Assembly (NCBI GenBank): GCA_023245035.1
Contig: JAHFLD010000002.1
Coordinates: forward strand, 1,501 to 65,500
Length of the DNA: 64,000 nt
Direction: 5' to 3'
Source: Candidatus Harrisonbacteria bacterium
GTDB taxonomy: Bacteria; Patescibacteriota; Minisyncoccia; UBA6257; 1-14-0-10-40-38
Positions 58,849-64,000 of the stretch are shown here, one piece after another (the first letter of the stretch is position 1; each line of letters opens with the position of its first letter). The translations under genes were made by a program, and so were the position numbers. The notes beneath the pieces were generated by a model. That model did not search any database and was not told where the DNA came from. It saw nothing but the letters and a program-made list of their open reading frames with translations.

Positions 58849-59379
58849 TTGATTTTTACCATGCTTACAAAACAACAAAAGAAAGAGGAAGTTTCCGCGG
58901 ATAGAACTTTGATTGCCGGAAGCGCCAATCTGATTTTTGCGGATTTTACCGGCGTGCCGACGCTTGCCATTCATAAGTTGAAGACGGCGCTTAAAGCGTC
59001 CGGAGCCAAGTATCGAGTAATTCGCAAGCGACTTTTTGCCGTGGCGCTAAAAGAACAGGGGATTGAGTTTGATCCTTTGCAATTTTCCGCTCAGTTCGGA
59101 GTGGTGTTCGTGCCAAGCGAACTTGGCCCGGCGGCTTCGGCGGTTTATAAGTTTAGCAAGGAGTTGTTAAAAGACGCCAAGAAGGAGTTCAAAGTTTTGG
59201 GCGCGTATGACACTGTGTCGCGTGCGTTTGTGCCGGTCGCGCAGTTTAACGTGATTGCCCAGTTGCCGTCGCGCGAGGTATTGCTTGGTCAGGTGGTTGG
59301 TACGATGATTGCTCCGCTTAAGGCCTTCATGAATATTGTCGATCAGCTGGCGAAACGCGAGGTCGCGCCACAGAATTAA
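58849..59379 (+). CDS. rplJ: 50S ribosomal protein L10
   Basis: 176 aa, conserved L10 N-terminal region. Followed by rplL. Confidence 0.9.
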   Translation: MIFTMLTKQQKKEEVSADRTLIAGSANLIFADFTGVPTLAIHKLKTALKASGAKYRVIRKRLFAVALKEQGIEFDPLQFSAQFGVVFVPSELGPAASAVYKFSKELLKDAKKEFKVLGAYDTVSRAFVPVAQFNVIAQLPSREVLLGQVVGTMIAPLKAFMNIVDQLAKREVAPQN

Positions 59380-59408
59380 AAGCAAAATTAGAAAATAATA
59401 ATAAAAAT

Positions 59409-59777
59409 ATGGATCAAAAAATGCAGGACATTATAGGGATGGTGGAGAAATTGACCGTGACGGAATTAGCGGCCCTAGTTAAGGCCATGGAGGAGAAGTT
59501 CGGTGTTTCGGCGGCGATGCCGATGGCGGCCGCGGGAGCGGCGGTGGCGGCCGAGGCCGAAGAGAAGACTGCTTGGGATGTGATGCTTAAGGAGGGAGGC
59601 GGGCAAAAAATTCAGGTCATTAAGGTTTTGCGCGAGGTGACCGGCTTGGGCCTTAAAGAGGCCAAGGATTTGGTGGATGCCGCGCCAAAAGTGGTGAAGA
59701 CCGGACTCAAGAAAGACGAGGCCGAGGACTTGAAGAAGAAGTTGGAAGCGGCTGGCGCGACGGTGGAATTGAAATAA
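59409..59777 (+). CDS. rplL: 50S ribosomal protein L7/L12
   Basis: Ala-rich hinge and C-terminal [24 protein letters not shown]. Confidence 0.93.
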   Translation: MDQKMQDIIGMVEKLTVTELAALVKAMEEKFGVSAAMPMAAAGAAVAAEAEEKTAWDVMLKEGGGQKIQVIKVLREVTGLGLKEAKDLVDAAPKVVKTGLKKDEAEDLKKKLEAAGATVELK

Positions 59778-59797
59778 AATTTTGCCGGCCGAGTTGA

Positions 59798-59832
59798 TAA
59801 AAACACCCCGATTTGCTTCGGGGTGTTTTTAT
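59798..59832 (+). terminator. Rho-independent terminator after rplL
   Basis: aaaaacaccccgatttgcttcggggtgttttt. Confidence 0.8.
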
Positions 59833-59856
59833 TTGTATGCTCAAGATTATCTTCCA

Positions 59857-59928
59857 GCGCTTTTAGCTCAGTGGTAGAGCGTTCCGTTCACATCGGAAAG
59901 GTCGCAGGTTCGATCCCTGCAAAGCGCA
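59857..59928 (+). tRNA. tRNA-Val (anticodon CAC), CCA not encoded
   Basis: GCGCTTT acceptor. Anticodon stem-loop TTCCG-TTCACAT-CGGAA. T-arm GCAGGTTCGATCCCTGC. Confidence 0.8.
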
Positions 59929-59934
59929 CAATTT

Positions 59935-60408
59935 CTAATTTTTCTCGCTTTCAAAGGAATTCAAGATAATGTCTCGGATTTTTTGGCCGGAAAATTCCGA
60001 GTTTGCAACTTTTTTGGGGATTGATATTTCAATCGCGCCGTTTGATATTCGGAAGTTGATAATTTCACCACCAGCTGTGTTTTTTTCGGTGAAATAGGGA
60101 ACACCTTGAGGATTGATTGGTTGAGATGGCCAAAATTCCGGAGTTACTTTCATCAGCTTTTCGCGAATGGTTATTTGGCGTGATTCCAATTTTTGGGTGT
60201 AGGTGATGCTGTTGGAGTCCGTGGTAATCGACCAGTTGTCAAAAAGCGGATAATCAAAAGAGAAGGAATTATCTTCACTCACAAAGTGAACAATCTGATT
60301 TTGCATAAATAGGTTTTGTTTTGTGATTAGGCGCTCTATTCCATAAACCAGCGATATGCTGATAGCTAGGATAAAAACTCCTTTTAATGTTTTTAGCCGG
60401 ACATTCAT
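59935..60408 (-). CDS. Hypothetical secreted protein
   Basis: Signal peptide GVFILAISISLVYG. 157 aa. Confidence 0.5.
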   Translation of the reverse strand: MNVRLKTLKGVFILAISISLVYGIERLITKQNLFMQNQIVHFVSEDNSFSFDYPLFDNWSITTDSNSITYTQKLESRQITIREKLMKVTPEFWPSQPINPQGVPYFTEKNTAGGEIINFRISNGAIEISIPKKVANSEFSGQKIRDIILNSFESEKN

Positions 60409-60519
60409 ATTCTGTTCATCTGTTCTTTATTGTAACACGCGCGTTTTTTGTGCTATTTTCTAAATAGCACTTCTTGATCCACTCATCGACCGGATTTTTC
60501 CAAGCGAAAGGAGTTTGGC

Positions 60520-60855
60520 GTGGCATCAGAAAGTTTTGGTTTTTTTGCTTGGCTGGTGGCGAAGCGAGCGCAACTTTTTTGCCTTGGAGCTTTTTTGTTT
60601 TTGATTCTGGTTGTCGGTTGGGTTGTGGATTCTGATTTGACCGCCAGACGAGAGCGGATGAGCGCCGACATTATCGCTTTGGAGGAGCGAGTTAAAAAAC
60701 TTGATCTACGGATTTTTTCTTTGAAGTTAGCTTTAGATGAGGCGCGGGCCAAGTCGATCACAGCTATTGATGAGACTTACAGCCGAGGATTTGATGAGCT
60801 TCAGAGGCGAATAGCGAAGATGGATTTTGAGCCAAGATTGCCCGAAAGCCGTTGA
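60520..60855 (+). CDS. Hypothetical membrane-anchored coiled-coil protein
   Basis: N-terminal TM helix then heptad region. Confidence 0.45.
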   Translation: MASESFGFFAWLVAKRAQLFCLGAFLFLILVVGWVVDSDLTARRERMSADIIALEERVKKLDLRIFSLKLALDEARAKSITAIDETYSRGFDELQRRIAKMDFEPRLPESR

Positions 60856-61091
60856 GTTGGTGATTGGTCCGCCGGATTGGTTTTCCCGGCGGCTTTTTTT
60901 GGCCAAGAGTTTTTGGTTTGCATTTTTTGGCCAATTTGCTATCCTGGGCTGGCGTTCTAAAAGGGCTCGTTGACATTATGTATAGGTCGCGGTGCTTGAG
61001 TTGGTTTAGTCGGATCGCGGTTTTAGGTTAAGCGTGTCGTTTTCGGAGAAGGTTTACTCATTGAGGGAAGCTCTTTCTAAGGAGGAGGTCT

Positions 61092-61487
61092 ATGAGAAAC
61101 GACTCGTCTGTTGAGGATGGGGTGGATACACTTCATCACAAACGCTACGCGGTTCAGATTTCGGCCAAGGGTACGTTGAAGGTGAATTCGGTTCCGGATG
61201 CGAGCAATAGTCAGAATTCCGATTCGCGGGGTCGGTTGTTCGCCATCAAGGCAAGCAATGTGGATGAACTGGCTCGGCCGAATGGGAAAGATTCCAAGTT
61301 TGGCCCGGGGGATGTTCTGGACGTGGAGTTGGATCGCGCTCAGGTTAGGATTGTGGGTTCGGGCTATGCGATACGCGCTTTGAGCGGTGTTGGCGTTGTG
61401 ATCTACGAAGGCGCTCGTCCTCGTATCCCTCGCCAGCTTGAGGATGCGTGTCCGCGAATCGCGCTTCTGCCTCGTTCTCCGTTTTAG
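61092..61487 (+). CDS. Hypothetical small protein (strong RBS)
   Basis: AAGGAGGAGG 5 nt before the ATG. Terminator hairpin ccacaggtttttaacctgtgg + T-run at 61516-61548. Confidence 0.55.
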   Translation: MRNDSSVEDGVDTLHHKRYAVQISAKGTLKVNSVPDASNSQNSDSRGRLFAIKASNVDELARPNGKDSKFGPGDVLDVELDRAQVRIVGSGYAIRALSGVGVVIYEGARPRIPRQLEDACPRIALLPRSPF

Positions 61488-61684
61488 GGAGTTTAGTACT
61501 TTTTGCCACAGGTTTTTAACCTGTGGCTTTTTGTATTTAGGGGTAAGAGAGTAATCTTGGGTGTGTATAACTTTTTATTTTCTTCTATTTCTGCTTATTT
61601 AGAGCCATTTTTTTGTTGATTTGCCTTGCTTGCTTGATGTTTTTGACCCAATGGGGAGCGGGGTATATACTTGGTGAAGAGTGG

Positions 61685-61775
61685 TGGGTTGTGGATAAGG
61701 GTGGGGATAAGTCCGGAATCTGGGGATAAGTGGGCGCTCGGACACATCTCTCTCAAGAGACGGGATAACATCTTT
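61685..61775 (+). promoter_or_regulatory. Cluster of GGATAAG boxes (TTGTGGATAAGG, TGGGGATAAGT x2, GGGATAACA) upstream of mraZ: candidate MraZ operator direct repeats or DnaA boxes
   Basis: TGTGGATAA matches the DnaA box consensus. TGGGGATAAGT repeats twice at 18-bp spacing. GTGGG-type repeats are the known MraZ operator type. Nested inverted repeats follow at 61741-61869. Confidence 0.45.
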
Positions 61776-62008
61776 TCCAACGAAGCTGTTTCCCTGTCTC
61801 TCGGCGAAATGATTTTGTTATTCAGCAAAAACCCAGCTCATTTCGCCTGCGAGAACCTCTTGAGGAGAGATGTGTCCTCGCTGGGTGGTTGAGCGGAAAA
61901 CCGATCTTTTTAAGTTTCCGAGAGTTGCCCGCCTGTTCGGCGGGCAAGTCCCAAAATACAAGAATCCTCGCTGGGTGGAAGCCAATCCTTATTTTTTAAA
62001 AAATCAAA

Positions 62009-62440
62009 ATGTTCATCGGGGAATATCAACACAATATAGACGACAAGGGGAGAATGGCGTTGCCGGTAAAGTTTCGCAAGGATTTGACCGATGGCGCGAT
62101 TATCACCAAGGGATTGGATGCTTGTCTTTTTGTTTTTACCAAAGCCGAATGGGCCACTTTGGCGGCAAAATTGGCGCAGATGCCTTTGGCCAACGCTCCG
62201 GCCAGAGCTTTTGCCCGTTTAATGCTGGCCGGCGCGATGGATGTTGATATTGACGCGCAAGGCCGAGTGTTGGTGCCGGATTATCTTCGTAAATACGCGG
62301 GACTCAAGAAAGCCACGGTGATTGCCGGTGTGTATAGCCGACTGGAGATTTGGGACGAGGAAGCTTGGAATCGCTACAAGGGCAAGACGGAGTCGGCGTC
62401 GGATGAGATTGCCGAACAGCTTGGCGGTCTTGGTATCTAA
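62009..62440 (+). CDS. mraZ: Transcriptional regulator MraZ
   Basis: MFIGEYQHNIDDKGRMALPVKFR. Two DXXXR-containing halves. Position before rsmH. Confidence 0.9.
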   Translation: MFIGEYQHNIDDKGRMALPVKFRKDLTDGAIITKGLDACLFVFTKAEWATLAAKLAQMPLANAPARAFARLMLAGAMDVDIDAQGRVLVPDYLRKYAGLKKATVIAGVYSRLEIWDEEAWNRYKGKTESASDEIAEQLGGLGI

Positions 62441-62446
62441 AAAAAT

Positions 62447-63364
62447 ATGCACACTCCAGTTTTAACCAATGAAGTTCTTGGTTTGCTTGATCCGAGGCCG
62501 GGACAATTTGTACTGGATGGAACCGTCGGTTCCGGCGGACACGCGCTTGAGTTGCTAAAAAAAATTCTTCCGGATGGAAAACTTTTGGCAATTGACGCGG
62601 ATCGATATTCTATTTTAGCGGCGGAACGGACGCTGGTCGCCGCCTTCGGGCGCGAGATTGTCGGCAGTCATGTGATTTTTGAACACGACACTTACGCGCG
62701 GGCGGCGCAGGCCGTTAGCCGTCATGGGTTTCCTTTGGTGCACGCCGCCTTGTTGGATCTGGGTTTTTCTTCCGATCAGATTGATTCGGCTGATCGTCCG
62801 CCACGCGGTTTTTCTTTTTTGTCTGATGAGCCATTGCTGATGACTTACAATGACGAGACGGTGGCGGTGCGGGATTTTTTACCGGAGTTGAGCGTTGCCG
62901 ACCTGGTAAAAATTCTTCGCGAATTTGGCGAAGAGAGGTACGCGATGAAAATCGCGACAGCGATCAAAGAACGCGAGCGAGTGCGCCCCTTTTTAACCAC
63001 GCGCGATTTGTCGGAAACCATTACCGCCGCGATTCCTCCGCGTTACGCGCGTGGCCGGATTCATCCGGCGACGCGAACTTTTATGGCTTTGCGGATTTAC
63101 GCCAACCAGGAGCTTAATCAGTTAAAACTTTTCTTGGCCGACATTTCTTTGATTGTGGCCACCGGAGGCCGGGTCGGAGTCATCTCCTTTCATTCATTGG
63201 AAGATCGCCTTGTAAAGCGCGACTTTTTGGCATTGGCAAAGGAAAATCGCGGGCGAATTATTACTAAAAAACCGGTAACCGCTTCGGCTAACGAGATCAG
63301 ACAAAATGCTCGCGCCCGTTCGGCAAAATTCCGCGTCTTGGAACTTGGTTCAAACACTTTATGA
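62447..63364 (+). CDS. rsmH: 16S rRNA (cytosine1402-N4)-methyltransferase RsmH
   Basis: PVLTNEVLGLL and DGTVGSGGHA SAM motif. Confidence 0.92.
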   Translation: MHTPVLTNEVLGLLDPRPGQFVLDGTVGSGGHALELLKKILPDGKLLAIDADRYSILAAERTLVAAFGREIVGSHVIFEHDTYARAAQAVSRHGFPLVHAALLDLGFSSDQIDSADRPPRGFSFLSDEPLLMTYNDETVAVRDFLPELSVADLVKILREFGEERYAMKIATAIKERERVRPFLTTRDLSETITAAIPPRYARGRIHPATRTFMALRIYANQELNQLKLFLADISLIVATGGRVGVISFHSLEDRLVKRDFLALAKENRGRIITKKPVTASANEIRQNARARSAKFRVLELGSNTL

Positions 63365-63678
63365 CCATCATGGCTTCAACTAAAAATCGATTTTGGCATT
63401 CGCCATTTATTCTTGGGCTTTTTGGCTTACTTATCCTCATCCTGATTACGGGAATTTCCTTGTATAATAGCAATGTTGATCTTAAACATCGGATCGCGGT
63501 GGCGGAAAAATCAACCGAACGCTTGCGAGTCGACAATGCCGATCTTAAGAATCAACTTTATCGTCTTCTCGATGCCTCCCATCTTTCCGCGGTGGCAGCC
63601 GATTCCGGTTTAGTGATTGAATCTTATCCCAGATATCTTACCGCTTTTCCAAAGCAGACTGCTTCGATTGGGCTATGA
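63361..63678 (+). CDS. ftsL: Cell division protein FtsL-like (TM + coiled coil)
   Basis: 105 aa, single TM helix then leucine-zipper-like region. Between rsmH and the PBP gene. Confidence 0.6.
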   Translation: MTIMASTKNRFWHSPFILGLFGLLILILITGISLYNSNVDLKHRIAVAEKSTERLRVDNADLKNQLYRLLDASHLSAVAADSGLVIESYPRYLTAFPKQTASIGL

Positions 63679-64000
63679 AGTGGCGATTTTCTCTTATTTA
63701 TTTTGTTTTCTTTGCCTCGTTTGCGTTTCTGGCGTTTCATATATACAACCTGCAGATTGAGCAGGGTTCTTATTATCGCGCCAAGGCCGCGCAAAGAAAC
63801 ATTCCGGGTTTTCGTGACGACAGTCGCGGAACTATTTTTTTTAGGGATAAGTTTGATAATTTAATTCCGGTGGCGCTAACTAAAGAGTATCCGGTGGTGT
63901 ACGCCGTGCCAAAAGAAGTTGTGAATCCAAAAGCGACCGCCAAGAATTTGGCCCCGATTCTTGACATTGACGCGGAGCGACTGGCCGTGATGCTTGGCAA
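63675..64000 (+). CDS. ftsI: Penicillin-binding protein (FtsI/PBP2-type), 3'-truncated at window end
   Basis: ATG at 63675 overlaps the ftsL stop. Product MKWRFSLIYFVFFASFAFLAFHIYNLQIEQGSYYRAKAAQRNIPG matches a PBP dimerisation-domain N-terminus. Confidence 0.7.
   Translation, partial: MKWRFSLIYFVFFASFAFLAFHIYNLQIEQGSYYRAKAAQRNIPGFRDDSRGTIFFRDKFDNLIPVALTKEYPVVYAVPKEVVNPKATAKNLAPILDIDAERLAVMLG

Overview
This 64-kb window looks like chromosomal DNA from a small-genome bacterium, with roughly 80% of genes on the + strand. The gene content (type IV pilus/competence cluster, very large repetitive surface protein, cohesin-like and dockerin-like proteins, tRNAs that mostly lack an encoded CCA, weak or absent Shine-Dalgarno sequences before several ribosomal genes) fits a Patescibacteria/CPR-like organism; that placement is inference only.

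Main features, in order:
- A 5'-truncated ORF longer than 2,240 aa (1-6729) encodes an S/T/N/G-rich repetitive surface protein with two ConA/LamG-like lectin modules, perfect internal nucleotide repeats and a (PPDAG)n proline-rich tail.
- A secreted dockerin-like protein sits next to a membrane-anchored cohesin-like/FN3 protein.
- tRNA-Ser(TGA) is followed by a 576-aa unknown gene that is bracketed by 55-60 bp direct repeats made of tandem TACGAAT heptamers.
- A competence/type IV pilus cluster follows: comFC divergent from pilM-pilN-pilO-(small ORF)-pilB-pilT-pilC, then two tandem pilin paralogs, prepilin peptidase pilD and four minor-pilin-like genes.
- Housekeeping genes follow: ligA, gatC, gatA, a ZIP transporter, tRNA-Asp, murD, an alpha/beta hydrolase, tRNA-Met(CAT), an HExxH membrane protein and a second CAT-anticodon tRNA.
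- A tRNA-adjacent block of three small ORFs follows. The next gene is a 407-aa single-chain PheRS-like gene, i.e. a pheS-type catalytic domain fused to an FDX-ACB-like anticodon-binding domain.
- Further on: gyrB, secE-nusG-rplK (rplA does not follow rplK), two paralogous secreted proteins, gatB, a zinc-ribbon protein, thrS and dnaE (both minus strand), an unlisted rpmF, nusB, rnc, a short SMC, rpsP, a KH protein, trmD, rplJ-rplL, tRNA-Val(CAC) and the start of the division cluster mraZ-rsmH-ftsL-ftsI.

The most unusual signals are all non-coding:
1. Three homologous structured insertions of about 100-150 bp lie directly downstream of tRNA-Asp, the second CAT tRNA and rplK. Each contains a reverse-complement copy of the target 3' end, a conserved core (aaggggtcgggaaacggtagtttcccgtgg) with covarying hairpins, and a direct copy of the target 3' end.
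2. A separate conserved intergenic module of about 90 bp with a covarying hairpin occurs three times, upstream of the pilin genes, rplK and rpsP.
3. TACGAAT/ACGAATG heptamer arrays occur around the 576-aa gene, before pilC and after pilC.
4. Downstream of rplK there is a 134-bp palindrome followed by three degenerate ~90 bp tandem repeats.
5. Upstream of mraZ there is a cluster of TGGGGATAAG / TTGTGGATAAG boxes plus nested inverted repeats, consistent with either MraZ operator repeats or DnaA boxes.
6. A possible SRP-RNA-like motif and L10-leader attenuator lie in the 440-bp gap before rplJ.
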